Source: Azolla caroliniana (taxonomy: Eukaryota; Plantae; Polypodiophyta). From it: DNA of 64,000 bases. Within the stretch, counting starts at the first letter, position 1. Each line of letters starts with the position of its first letter. This document shows positions 27,728 through 40,429 of the stretch, in pieces. The notes below the pieces were generated by a model, which searched no databases, was not told the origin of the DNA, and worked only from the letters and a program-made list of their open reading frames with translations. The DNA lies in assembly GCA_043228905.1 (NCBI GenBank), contig JBHGNT010000011.1:2294001-2358000 (forward strand). Direction: 5' to 3'. The position numbers were made by a program, and so were the translations under genes.

Positions 27728-28358
27728 AACATGTATTAATGTCTTCTTAGACCAAATTTGGCCCATGAGACAAGTGATTACAATAATGGGATATGTACCC
27801 GATTGTCGAAAATAAAAATAAAAATAGAAAGTTGGCTTAGGAGAGAGAGAGAAAGAGAGCAAACAAGAGTTTTAAAATGATTTCATATTTGTTTTAGAAT
27901 AGCCGCCTACTATGATGTAATGGTGGACATGGAAAAAGACTATAAAAATGTATCGAAGATTTTGTTTCTCATCTCAAACCCCTTTGCCTTAATAATGAGG
28001 CATTCGTGAGTTTCTTAGTGACAATGACATTTCAACATAGGCAAGAGAGAGAGTTTGCCAATCTAGGTATACGCGGTTAGTGGCTTGAGAGTGCTAGACC
28101 ACTACTCTCACCCGACTCAACTTGGAATGTCTAAATAGGACATTCAACCATGTATGATTGGAATGACACAAAGCACAAAGCACAAAGCACAAAGCACATT
28201 ACCACCTTGGTTAGCACGCCTTGTGACACAACACACTCCATGTTACCATACCATGTTTAGAGACATAATCCACTCCATATTATCATCCCAAGTCATTTAG
28301 AGTCAAAAGGAAACCATCATCATCTGTGTAAGTTGATGTGGAGGATGAAGAGGCCTAA

Positions 28359-28783
28359 TGTTATGGGCATGACCATATTTTATCCCATGGTAGTTTGAAC
28401 AATAGTATTCTACACACGAGGATAAAAGTGTTAGGGTTAATCAAGAGCATAAAGAAGTGAGGATTACTTTTAACCCTAGGAATTGAGACAAACCGTAAGG
28501 GCCAAGTGTGAACTTGCGTGGGGGCCTTTGGTCTAGCTATAAATTTGATGTGTAGCTACCCTCATTAAGCACCTCCTTCGACTACGTCGACACTGCGATC
28601 TTGCGATGAACAAACTCTTGTAGCGAGAGCGCTAGTACCAAACACGACTTGATGCCATGGCGATAGTATGGGACGCCAATTTAGGCTCGAGTCCATCTCG
28701 ATCCCTAATCGGCACCTTTCTTTCTCTCTCTTCTACCCATCTTATTTCCTTATTTCATGCTTGCATTTGGAATAATCTCTATA
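28359..28783 (+). mobile_element. Solo LTR related to the Gypsy LTRs at 34455 and 57490
   Basis: TGTTATGGGCATGACCATA... is colinear with those LTRs but diverged. TSD CCTAA at 28354-28358 and 28784-28788. Confidence 0.85.
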
Positions 28784-29232
28784 CCTAACTATGACATACC
28801 ATAGTTCAAACTTTGCTTTGACCATGATAAAGAGCACATTGCATTAGTAGGATGCAAAGCATATGCCCCAATATTTAGAAGATATTTCAATCATCAATCA
28901 CTTACAAGAACCACAACTCCACAAAAGGCAAGTCACACACCCCTATTCGAGCGTTGGACGGCTCCCATTAGCTACGACAAAACTATGCAAAACACCACCT
29001 TTGTTTTGGCGGAGAAGACTCTTTCGTATAGTTTTATGGGACTTGTTTATGAGTGCCATAGGTCAAATCTACAATATTCTCTTAAACACCTATACCCATC
29101 AAAATGACCTCAAGATTTTAACCCTTTAAGGCTCTATCTATTTCTCACTACAATTCCTTTTGAGCCTCCCAAGAACTTCCAATTCAATCATGTCATAACA
29201 TTATACTCGAAGAACGTTTATGAAAAAAATTA

Positions 29233-29544
29233 AGGAAAAGTACCAGGATACCCCTGGAAGTTCGTCTATTTACCAGAATGCCCCTGGAAGTTCCAAATTT
29301 ACCAAACCACCCCTATGTCAAAAAAAATACACTTTATAAAGTAATTATACACTCCAATCTACAAGCCCTATTTACCAGAATACCCTTAAAACACACATTT
29401 CTTTACTTAAGAGATTCTTTGGGTCCTTTTTACTTACTTTATAAGTGTATTTTTTTGGACATAGGGGTAGTTTGGTAAATTTGGAACTTCTAGGGGCATT
29501 CTGGTAAATAGACGAACTTCCAAGGGTATCTTGGTACTTTTGCC
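29233..29544. mobile_element. Mutator-like MITE
   Basis: ~100-bp imperfect TIRs (AAAAGTACCAGGATACCCCTGGAAGTTCGTCTATTTACCAGAATGCCCC...). 9-bp TSD AAAAAATTA at 29224-29232 and 29545-29553. No coding capacity. Confidence 0.9.
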
Positions 29545-30649
29545 AAAAAATTACTAGTTTACAAAGGTTTCAATTTCAACGTATATGGAAAGTATTTTCA
29601 CGATTATATCTGAAAATCAGGAATAAATCTTGCGTAGATTAAAATCGGGAATAAATCTTTGCTTAGAAACACTAGGGAACAAGATCTTTTCAGATTATGA
29701 TCCAAGTGAAGAATATTGTTTCATATTACCAATTTACCATTAGGAACATCAACTTGGACGACCATCATTACATCATTACATGCATGTTTGTTCAATATGC
29801 AAATATTCATGTATCAAATGCCACATTCCTCTTGGCAAATTCAAGGCCTTAAAAAAACATAAAGAGAAATCATCTATAACATGCCATGCCATCATATTCA
29901 TACAAGTAAAAGCAAAAAGACTTGATACTTTTAAGTGTCTGAATTACTAATATTTTGAAATACCAAGAATGTGTTCATTAATTTCATCGCATACTGAGCT
30001 CCGTAACCAATTCACAAAGGGCTGACCAAATTTCGACAGCTAATGCCAAAACTAGATCCACTCAAAAACAACATTAGATCTGTTCCCTATCAATATAACC
30101 CTAAACAAGATTAATGAAAGACATAAACCCTTGGAAAAATCCAAATCTTGCAATTTGTAAACCACCCTTGATTAACCATATCACTTCTTGGGACAATTTC
30201 AAACACAATTAAGAATGGATAAACCTTGAAAATATAGAGAAAATAGGCCAAGGTCAATGTTGATATTATCATCTCTTCCCAAATAAATGTATCCATATTG
30301 GCAATATTTGACATGAGAATTCAACAGATGAAACTCGTTCTGTCTAATGTATGCGGTTAATATATTGAATGAAAGCATAAATCATGATAAAACTGTCCAT
30401 GTAAAAAACAAAGAAAAGTTGGCCCTTACGGGATAATAAGCACATACAACAATAAAAATACTTCATAATTTTCTTAACCTTAGGTATCCTTTCAAACTTA
30501 GGGTCCAATAGCAGTCTTTGCAAGTGATGTATTATATATATATAAACTAAATGAAGGATGGTTACCTTACACAAAGTAAGGATTAATTCTCATTTCAAAA
30601 GAGAAGAAAACTCAACAAAAAAAAAGAGGCATGAGAAAAAGTACCACTG

Positions 30650-31771
30650 TCATTGTTCACAAGGTGTGGATACATCCCCACAACTCTCTTCGAAATGCTC
30701 TTCCAACGGCTCCTCCGCATGGTTCAATCCTTCCATCTCTTGAACCCGTCTCCGTAACTCGTTTCTCTCTTGCTCAACCAGAAACAACCTCTCTTTGAGC
30801 GTGAGATTTTCCTCCTCCAGGCGAGCGATGAGTCTCTCTTGCCCGTTCACACAGTTCTGTATGTTCCTTGGTACCATACCCAACAACATCCCACTATTCC
30901 TCGAAGAAGATGGTGGCCGTGGAGAAGAAGATGACGGGTAGATCATCTCGAATCGGCTCAAGCCTTGATCGATGCGTTGCTCGACAGAATGAACAGTCGG
31001 ATCTCCTCCTCCTTCCTCATTGTTTGCCATGTTATCCCCTTGTTCAACATCACTCTCAGTTTCAGACTGGGCGGCTGCTCGATCCTCGTATGAACGGAGC
31101 CGAATCAGACCATTCATGGATCCATAGCCATCCACGCCTAGCTCTTTGTTCATCTCTTCTAGAGAGCCTTTATCTCTCATACCAGGAGATAAGAGGGGGG
31201 TTCTTACTAGGGTAGCAGGAGAGGGCGTGACGGCAGATGCAATACCACCATGTTGTTTCGCCCTCATTATAAATGAAGTGGTATTTCTCGGTGCTAATGG
31301 AGCATGGGAAGCAGAAGTTGGATAATAAACCTTCTTGTGCCTTGACACTATCCTTCTTCTCTTCACACCATTCCTCGACATAATCTCTGTAGAATTATGC
31401 CCAGTATTGTTGTTAAATCCAGGGTTATGGATATTGTTGAGACCACTATTGTGGACATTACTATTAAGGATACCATTATTGTTACTGTTATGATGGCCCA
31501 TCCATGTCATCATCATCGGCATCATCCTCGGCCTCGCTATCAAACCATTATTAAAATGAGTTGGCACCATGGCTATGGTGGCATTGTTGCTGTTTGGGTT
31601 TGTGTTCTTGTTGTTTATACCTTTCCATTTCTTGTTCTTTTTCTTATGCTTAGCTATGGTATTATTATTACCGTTTGTGTTGACGCTATTCACAGGATTC
31701 TTCGGCTTCCGGAATGCTTTACTCATGTCAGGCTTACCTGCTTGAAGGGACTCTGGTGCAGAGAAGACCAT
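30650..31771 (-). CDS. PRLI-interacting factor A-like protein (single exon; alternative start at 31726)
   Basis: Long intact ORF with blocks APRNTTSFIMRAK..GGIA, TPLLSP, GVDGYGSMNGLIRLRS and SRFEMIYP, plus a C-terminal coiled coil LEEENLTLKERLFLVE that I recognise from this plant family. Confidence 0.82.
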   Translation of the reverse strand: MVFSAPESLQAGKPDMSKAFRKPKNPVNSVNTNGNNNTIAKHKKKNKKWKGINNKNTNPNSNNATIAMVPTHFNNGLIARPRMMPMMMTWMGHHNSNNNGILNSNVHNSGLNNIHNPGFNNNTGHNSTEIMSRNGVKRRRIVSRHKKVYYPTSASHAPLAPRNTTSFIMRAKQHGGIASAVTPSPATLVRTPLLSPGMRDKGSLEEMNKELGVDGYGSMNGLIRLRSYEDRAAAQSETESDVEQGDNMANNEEGGGDPTVHSVEQRIDQGLSRFEMIYPSSSSPRPPSSSRNSGMLLGMVPRNIQNCVNGQERLIARLEEENLTLKERLFLVEQERNELRRRVQEMEGLNHAEEPLEEHFEESCGDVSTPCEQ

Positions 31772-32513
31772 TGCTGGAGAAAGACAGAAGAACCTTGGAG
31801 ACAGCCTTTTGTTCTGCAAAAAATTAAAGAAGAACGCAAATCCTTCCAAAGAAGTCCCAAATCCCTTTACAAAGGGGGCTAAATACTTCCCAAGGGTCTC
31901 CTAATCGTTGAAAAGAAGCCCTAATTCTTTTCTCGAGGAACCCTAAATCACTACAAAGAATTTCTGGTTTGTTTCCAAGGGACCCGTTAATCCCTCCAAA
32001 GAAAACCCTAAATCGTGGCAAAAGAAGCTCTATTAGAACCTTCCAACAGAATCCACAGAGAGCGTGATGGTAAGTAAGCCCAAAACAGAACTCCGTAAAG
32101 AAAAAGCAGGATCTGGGGGAGGCAGGAAAGTAGGACCTCTGTGTGTGGTGGGTGGATTACTTAAGGGTTTCTTCCTGACGAAGAAGAAGAAAGAGGAAGG
32201 GATCGATGACGATTCAGAAGCCGTGAAGAAGAAGAAGAAGAAGAAGAAGAAGAAGAAGACGGCAGTTAAAAAGAACTTTACGACTGCGATCTGGATCTTG
32301 CGACAGGAATCGGAAGGAGAAGACCGTCTATCTGTCTGATTGACTGTCTGTCTGACTGCGATTTCTCTGCGTTTTCTTACAGTCTTTGCGATCGATTGGG
32401 GGGGCAGGGGGGGCAGAAATTCCTCTGTTCCTGCAGAAATTCCTCTGAAATTCCTTTTGTTCCTGCAGAAATTCCTCTGTTCCTCTATGAATGTGAAGAA
32501 AGACAAGAGAAAG

Positions 32514-32549
<36 letters not shown>

Positions 32550-33530
32550 CGACCTTCCATAATTTCTATTTCATATATGTATGTATGCTTTTTATTTTTT
32601 GGTCTTCCTTCTTTCTAAGAACCTCTTCCAAATATAGAAGAAAAGAAAGATAAAGTCATAAGAACAAAAAGAAATTAGGAGTAGTTTTGTGCTAGTATGT
32701 AGTATGTATTAGAAGTAGCAAGTTGGTTTAGAAAGAAAGAAAGAAAGATGAACAAAGAAGAAATTAATAGTAGTAATAGATTATAGTGCTAGTAGTAGTA
32801 GTGGTGGTGGTGGTGGTGGTATTAGAAGTATTACTAATAGTAGTAGTGGTGGTATTAGAGGTAGTAGTAGTAGTAGTAGTAGTTTGTACTAGTAATAGTT
32901 TGTGTGTGTGTGTGTGTGTGTGTGCTCCTCCCTTACTAACTTAATCATCAATACCATCAATCGTGTTGTGCATCCTTGACTTGGACATGACAATGTTTTG
33001 GGAATGGGTCGAGCTTTGATCGGAGACACCCCCCCCGCATGGGCAGGCAACACAGGCGTAACAACACATCATGCCTCACTCAACCCTTCTCCTTCTCCTT
33101 CTTCTTGCTCCTTTCTTCGACTTTGCTTGCTTTCCTGTATTTTGTGTGTGTATGTGTGTTGTATATGAACAAACGAGAGAGCCCGAATGGATGTAGCTCA
33201 TTTTTAGACATTAATTCTAATGTAAGCATAGAATAAGGGAATAAATAAGATAATAAAGAGATGGAGAGATAAAGAGATGGACCCGAGCCTTGAATGGCGT
33301 CTTGCACCACTGCTATGGCTGAGTCGTACCTAGTATTGGCACACACTCGCCTCAAGAGTCTTTTCACCACAAGATCACAATATCGATGTAGTTAAATAAT
33401 GTCTCCAATGAGGATAGTTAAGCCTCATGGATAAATTAAGTGTTCGGTCCTCAAGAAATACCTTTTCGATACTTTGGTGACACTTATGCTTGTCTATTGG
33501 GGTGGTAGCATCCAAAAAACTACTTGGAAT

Positions 33531-33593
33531 ATTTTTGGTCTCATAGGTCATATTTGACCTCCGAAGACGATAATAGAATCTATCTATCTATCT
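33531..33593 (+). mobile_element. Second short 3'-tail copy of the same LINE family
   Basis: TTTTTGGTCTCATAGGTCATATTTGACCTCCGAAGACGATAATAGAATC(TATC)n. Confidence 0.85.
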
Positions 33594-34274
33594 CCAAATT
33601 TGGATGCTCATTTTATGCATGATTTATAGATATACGCACGGTTGAATTTGAAGATATTTAGCATGAGATAATTGCATAACAACATATGTTGTCTCTTTTG
33701 GGAAGGATTAGTTCGTTTCTTCATGTTCATAGAATTACATTAGACGGTAAAAGTACACCAAACTATAAAAAAGTTGGCATTGTGAGGTTGTTTTTGTAGT
33801 CTATGTGTGGAATCACTGAATGATAGGCCACACAAGGGTGGTTGTGCTTGATAAGGGCTTTGTATCGACATATAATAAACCTTGACATGAAATTTGCACT
33901 TACCATGACATATGCGCCTCTAAATGTGCACGTCTCAACATACGTCAGTCATTCTACTTGGTGCACATTGGAATTGTACAAATGCTTAGCACTCGTCACA
34001 AACATTTAAAAATAATAATAATTCAGAAGCCAAAGATAGAATCAATTGACATTAAGAGTGAGAGTAAATGAATTTAAGGTAGCACGAGGGTGATCAATAG
34101 GATTGACCTCCTTAAGAGAGATGTATGCTTGTAAGTTGTAATCAAGATAAAATAATTCCAATCATTCAATATAGATTTCTTATGAATTCTACATATTCAT
34201 CTACAAATTTTTATTCATATTTGTTGAGAATGAAAAAAACTAATATGGGTTCATATCAATTGAAAATTGATGGA

Positions 34275-34394
34275 CAATTGAAAATTCAACATTCCAGTAT
34301 AAGATTGTCAATTGAAAATTCAACATTCCAGTATAAGATTGTCAATTGAAAATTCAACATTCCAGTATAAGATTGACAATTGAAAATTCAACAA
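34275..34394. repeat. 34-bp tandem repeat, about 3.5 copies
   Basis: Unit CAATTGAAAATTCAACATTCCAGTATAAGATTGT starts at 34275, 34309, 34343 and 34377. Confidence 0.92.
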
Positions 34395-35164
34395 TGGAAT
34401 GTTGAATCACTGTAATAATATGGAACATTGGCAAATTTTATATTGCAATTTTGGTGTTACGGGCATGACCATATAATATCCCGTGGTGAGAATTTACCGT
34501 AGTATTCTATACACGTGGATAAGTGTGAGGGTTAAACGAGAGTGTAGAGAAGGGCATGATTACTTTTAAATCCTCGGGATTGAGACAACCCAGTAGGCAA
34601 AGTGTGAACTTGCCTGGGGGCCTTGGGTATCGCTATAAATAAGAGGCCTAGCTACCCTCATTTGATTATCTGGTTGACTACGTCGAGACTCTGTCTTGTG
34701 GTGGGTCAACTCTTGTAGCGAGCGTGCCAGCACCAGGTACGACTCGACGTCACGACGGTGGTATGGGACGCCGATCGAGGCTCGAGTCCGTCTCAATCCC
34801 TTCGCTCGGGGGTGGTCGGGTGGATCGGCACCCTTCTTTCTCTCTCTCCTTTCTTTCTATCTACCTAGATCTATCCTTATCTAATGCTTACTTTAGTACA
34901 TGTCTCTAATATTTGGTATCTGAGCCTATGTACTAATGTTTCTTTTGTTGGTCTTATCTTCTCGATGGATGGCGATCGATCGTTGTGTGGTTGGCCTTCA
35001 TGCAGACAAGGATCAACAAGGAACTTCGGTAATCTTTCTTTATATTTTTTTGGTCTATTTTTACTTATCCCATCTAATCATGTGTATGGTTAATATGTAG
35101 ATTATTTTCATTAATCAAATGATGTTGTAATGGTATTTAATTGGTTATCTAAAACGCTTACATA

Positions 35165-35418
35165 TGTGCACGAGGTCAATACCTCGTTTGACATATAAAT
35201 AATATGTGATGAGTGTCGTATGCGTACGAGGTTAATACCTCAATTACGTATTACGTTTACGAACATATGTTACGTTTGCGTATGAGGTCAACACCTCGAT
35301 TTTGTTGTAAATGATATGCGTTTGGTCTCGTATGCGTAAGAGGTCAATACCTCAATTGCGTATTACGTTGAACCCTTATGTTTGGATGTCTCGTGTGCGT
35401 AGAGGTATATGCCTCGAT
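35165..35418. repeat. Five-unit degenerate array of a GAGG-N6-CCTC hairpin with ~56-bp period
   Basis: GAGG cores at 35172, 35228, 35284, 35340 and 35402. Confidence 0.8.
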
Positions 35419-37215
35419 TACGTATCTCGATTACGTCATTTTTGGCTATTAAATATAACGATTTCTTTAATATAGTCATATGTGGTCACGTGTATACGTA
35501 GTTGATCGTATATATGTGATAATATACATATGTGTATATAAGTTAGGAATTTCGCAAAGGCCATGGTGTGGGCATTCAAAGGAAGGGGAAGAGAAGGGGG
35601 GCGGGGGGGGGGCATTACATTACATGGAGATGGAGATGGAGATGGAGATGGGAAGGGACAATTTTTAGAAACGCAAGAAAGAAAAGTGAAGAAGAATTAG
35701 ACACCTTAGAAAAGCAGGAAGGCAAGGAACCATGGATTCATGCAGAGAAAAGGGGGTTGGATCAGTTGATGAGATACATACGCCAGATGATGATGATGAT
35801 CAGATCAGAATGAGAATCAGAGCAGAACCAGAGACAGATGAGAAAGAATTGGTGAGAGACGGAGAAGAGAGGAAGAAGGGGGGGGGGCAAAAGGAATGAT
35901 TTTTTTTTTGGGGGGGAGGGGGGGCAAATAGCCAAAATGGGGGGGCAAATAGCGCATTCCATAAGTTATTACGTGATTTTAAATCGAATGTTTTCCTTTT
36001 CGGGGAAAGGTTCTTGGTGGCCGTCCTCACATTTTTGTGAGAATTGTGTTGTCACCATCCCTTTTTTCAACAATTTTTTATTGTTGAAATCCCTGTTGGT
36101 GACTTTGATATTTCGTTACGTAAAGAAACGCTATAGCCATAATGATTTTGAGTACGTAGGGCTTGACCTACTTCATGTGAGGTCGCTCTTATGATACACG
36201 TATCCAACATCCCTCCCTCATTACATGGATACGATGCCACCATGAGATCATTCTTACGAGAGGCATTCGTAATGACGTGACCATGTGATGGGCCACATGG
36301 GCCTACAACGAAAAGAGGGCTCATTTGGCTTGACCATTAGGTTGCACTTTGGTGTATGCCATCGTAATTACGAGACTTGAGGTTAGGTAACGTACTAACA
36401 TAGTTGTAGTAAATGAGGGCGAAATAAGGACTCTTGACATATATGTTTCTTTTAAAAAAAACATATATGGGCAAATGCCTCGCATATTTCTTATACGCAT
36501 GAAACATTAAACATTCAAGAAGAGCAACTTACTTGGTTGGCTCAAATGTTTAATGCATTTGTTCTCGAGGTCTCGAGTTCAGATATGACCAAGACCATAC
36601 AACATCGTTGATACATATGACTATAACACATGTTTAGACTTGAGGTCTAAGTGCACTTCGGGGTCCTTGTAATAGGACTTAAAGAGCCGAAACCACATAT
36701 GTGGGCACCGAAACATAGTTTATTGTTAACATTTTTTTCGTGTATAAACTATTCATGACGCGAACATACATGGTTGAGCCTTGGGGAGTCACCATGAAAA
36801 AATCGATATAGAGATCAGGGAAAGACATTTATTTGTCACCCCCATGGTTTTTAAAACACCTTTGTGTTACCATAGTAACCCGATCTTGAACCTCATCTCA
36901 TACGTCTAGAGGGGTATTGACGAGAGATAATGATATCGATTAATGTGTTACCCCGTACGAGATGTACGGAGAGTCAATGTGATGAGCGAGGGTCAAATGT
37001 TATCATGATGATTGTTGTGTGTGTGTGTAGGGGGCATAAATGTAATTGTGAGTCGATACATATGTGAACACATGCACACGTGTGTGTATGTGGATGGATA
37101 TGGGGAGGTGTGAGTGAGTGTCCAGTATAAATGCTCTAGGGGGCTTACATCCCTTTGTATCTACCCCCTCTTGTACTATTTAACCCCTTATGGGGAATGA
37201 ATGAATGAATGATCA

Positions 37216-37276
<61 letters not shown>

Positions 37277-37297
37277 CCCGTAGGGTTTGTCCCTACA

Positions 37298-38167
37298 ATG
37301 GCAAATACTCGTAAAACCGCTGCAAAGTTCGGGGGTATGATTGATAATGAGCCGAGATCACCAACAAATCTTGATTCTAATGCAATGGACAAAATGCTTA
37401 TGAGCCACTTGATTTCTCTTCAAGAAACCATAAACAAGCAAGGTGAAGAGATTAGGACGTTAATGAAAGAGAATACTAAGCTCCAAAGTGTTGTCATTGA
37501 GAATGAAAGTCTTAAACAAGTGGTTGCAAAACTTCAAGAAGAGATTCAAGAATGTAAAAGAGCTTCTTTTGAAACAAATGAGCGCCTTAACAAGATTGAG
37601 TTAAAGGAAGCGTTAAAAGAAGAAAAATTGGACACGATGAGGCGGGATGTAAGTGAGATGAAAAATGTATGTACAACGAAGTCATGGGCCGATGTATGTG
37701 GTGGGGATGTGCTATCAAACTCATCTAATATGCATGTGATGCATCAAGAGAAGAATATAGAAAGCATAGATGTCCGAGAATTGAAAGAACGTGAACGACG
37801 ATCAAAGAACATTGTCGTCCGTGGGATTAAAGAAGAGAGTATTGAAACACCCGCATCCCTTGGAAAGGCCATTGGTGAATTTTTTAGCATGTATTATGGG
37901 ATGTCAAATGTGAATGTATATGGGGCACACCGAGTTGGGAAACATGGTGTTACTCCCTCCGGAGAAAGGCCTATTGTATGCACAATGACAGATGATACAA
38001 AGTGGCGGATCATACTCGAAAATAGTTGGGTATACCTCAAAGGTACACAATGCTTTGTGAGTGAAGATCGTACTATCTCACAACAAAATGCTCATCGTCA
38101 AGCATATGAAGAAAGATTGAAAAACAAGGTTAAGGATGTGCTTAAAGATGGAAATGTAGGCAAATAG
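37298..38167 (+). CDS. LINE ORF1 (coiled coil plus RRM-like domain)
   Basis: Heptad region followed by ERERRSKNIVVRGIKE, HRVGK, RPIVC and FVSEDRT, as in non-LTR ORF1 proteins. Confidence 0.85.
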   Translation: MANTRKTAAKFGGMIDNEPRSPTNLDSNAMDKMLMSHLISLQETINKQGEEIRTLMKENTKLQSVVIENESLKQVVAKLQEEIQECKRASFETNERLNKIELKEALKEEKLDTMRRDVSEMKNVCTTKSWADVCGGDVLSNSSNMHVMHQEKNIESIDVRELKERERRSKNIVVRGIKEESIETPASLGKAIGEFFSMYYGMSNVNVYGAHRVGKHGVTPSGERPIVCTMTDDTKWRIILENSWVYLKGTQCFVSEDRTISQQNAHRQAYEERLKNKVKDVLKDGNVGK

Positions 38168-39666
38168 GGACACGTGATCTATGAGACTAACCCACGCCTT
38201 TTACGACTATGCTTTTGGAATTGCAATGGATACCCATGGAATGCGGGATTTGGCATAGAGGAGTTCACCGATGACTCGGATATCACACTTCTTGTTGAAA
38301 CATGGGAGCATGATACTCAAAGGATTCAAGGTTTAGGAAACTATAATGTACACTCTTTGATATGAAAGAAAAATCCAAGACAAAGAAGAGGACAAGGAGG
38401 GGTGGCATGTTTGATTAAGAAGGAAATAGAGAAATATGCGTCAATCATAAAAAATGATGAACATAAATGCTACATATGGCTCAAAATAGAAACACCTAAT
38501 GATTTGCCCATTTTTGTAGTTGGATGTTACATTCCTCATCAAGATTCTAACTTTTATGCTTGTTTGGATAAAGATCAACCGTTTGCCAATCTAGAAGATG
38601 ATATTGCTTATTTCAAATCCAAAGGGGAAGTTATTGTCTTTGGTGACATGAATGCTCGTACAAGAAGTTTCCAACTTGATTCACAAGAATCTTTCATGCC
38701 ACATATCTCAAGGATGCAAGAGGATATGCAAATGTATAACCGCTCTTCTAGCGATGAAAAAGATCCGGACCAAATTGGGAAGTTACTCCTACAAATGTGC
38801 AATAGTACCGGATTGCTTATTGCAAATGGTATTTCCTTATGGCCCAACACTAATGGTTTTACATGTAGAAAACACAACGGAAATAGTGTGATTGACTATG
38901 TGCTACTTTCCGAAGGTATTTTGGATCGTATACATAAATTCTCACTTGGTGAATGGACACTGGAATCCGATCATAGGCCTTTATGTATTGATCTCAAATG
39001 TATGCATAGGTTTGATTGTGAAAAGGCTATTGAAGATAATAAACAACCGCACTTGAGCATGAACCTTAAGCGAGCACCCATGTATTCCAAGATGGTTGAG
39101 GATATGTTACAAATGACAAAGATACAACATGGTGCCACAGTAGAATGCAAATGGGAAGCTTTCAAGAAAGTCATTCTCTCATGTACAAACAAATGTTTTT
39201 CAACCAACCGCACATCTTGGAAATGCACCAAGAAACTTAGGAAAAAATGGTTTGATAAAGAATGTCGTGAAGCTCGAAAGTGCCTTATGGTTTTGGATGT
39301 AGTTAAGGATAAAGATAATTACCAAAAGCATTTGCATGAGTATAAAAGGCTTATTCAAAGAAACAGAAGAATATGGGAAGTTACTCAACAATTTATCCAA
39401 ACGCAAGAGAAAGCACATGCATGTGCTAAATTTTGGGGAAATCTAAAGGGAAAACGTGTTGAGAGTTATGGTGACTTAACTCTTCACGACTTGTCTATGC
39501 ATTGTAAGAATTTATATGAGTTATCTCTTGCCGGAAAGATGATGTGTTATGGCTCTCTTTCACATATGCCTCCCTTCTTTACAATTGAAGATATATGCAT
39601 AGGACTTAAGAAATTGGCCTCTCGAAAGGCAATCGATCTTCAATGTATAAAGGCTGAAATGCTCAA
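38168..39666 (+). pseudogene. LINE ORF2 5' part: APE endonuclease and linker
   Basis: Motifs FWNCNG, LVETW, GGVA, GCYIP, FGDMNAR, SVIDY and SDH. One internal TGA at 38363-38365. The segment is cut at KAEMLK by the transposon. Confidence 0.92.
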
Positions 39667-40429
39667 AACACCGGGTCATTTGAAACAGGTAATATGTCGT
39701 ATTCTCTTTTGGCATAGTTGGCCAGATGTAGAAAAGTACCCTATTTTAGCCTGATATCGAAAATATACGATGCATGCGTACCCCTTTTGCGACTTGATGG
39801 TTAAATATAGAACAAAAAAAACCTAGCAATTACTAAATTGTATATGTGTCCACATTCGTGTCAATTTGCATATCATGGAGCACAATTGAAGACTTGGTTC
39901 AATATAAAGTTCTAAAATTGGTATCCATATTCAAATTGTAGAGTAAAACTACATAAACCGTAATTATAAATATGTGGTTTTGGGTTTAGGAATAAAGTAG
40001 TACCCCACTTGTTGGATGGGTATATCGATAGTTTCATTGTATAATGTCATATAGTTCATGACAATGTAATTGGTAAGAGTAACAATTACGTACGACATTC
40101 ATTTATACTATGTGGAACCAGTAGACTTGAACCGTAGGTAACTAAAAACCTCTTATTATCAAAAACATTCGCCTTTTCATATACAGTCATGCTAACGGAA
40201 ATGAGAAATTACAATATCATGTTAATATCTCAAACTGAAGAAGAGCATGGTGACCAATTATATGTAAATACAAACTACGGTTCCAATAATGATTAAAAAG
40301 GGAAATTATGAACAGGTGAATTTAATTAAACGATAAACAATTACAGATGTTCTCATATACAAATATAATATGAAGTGATGGTGAACATTATGCCTCAAAA
40401 TCCTCAATTTTTACATTACGCCATCTACA

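Noticed and set aside
32033-32653. Overlapping ORFs upstream of the PRLI-like gene
   Set aside because: Low-complexity (GAA)n/(GA)n leader sequence with no protein motifs.
35165-35418. CRISPR-like array (palindromic repeats with ~35-bp spacers)
   Set aside because: Spacers are related to each other, repeats are degenerate, there are no cas genes, and the array sits inside a plant retrotransposon leader.
39667-39754. C-terminus of the 450-aa ORF and the shared peptide TPGHLKQVICRI (also in the 50632-50868 ORF)
   Set aside because: This is read-through into the TIRs, not real protein.
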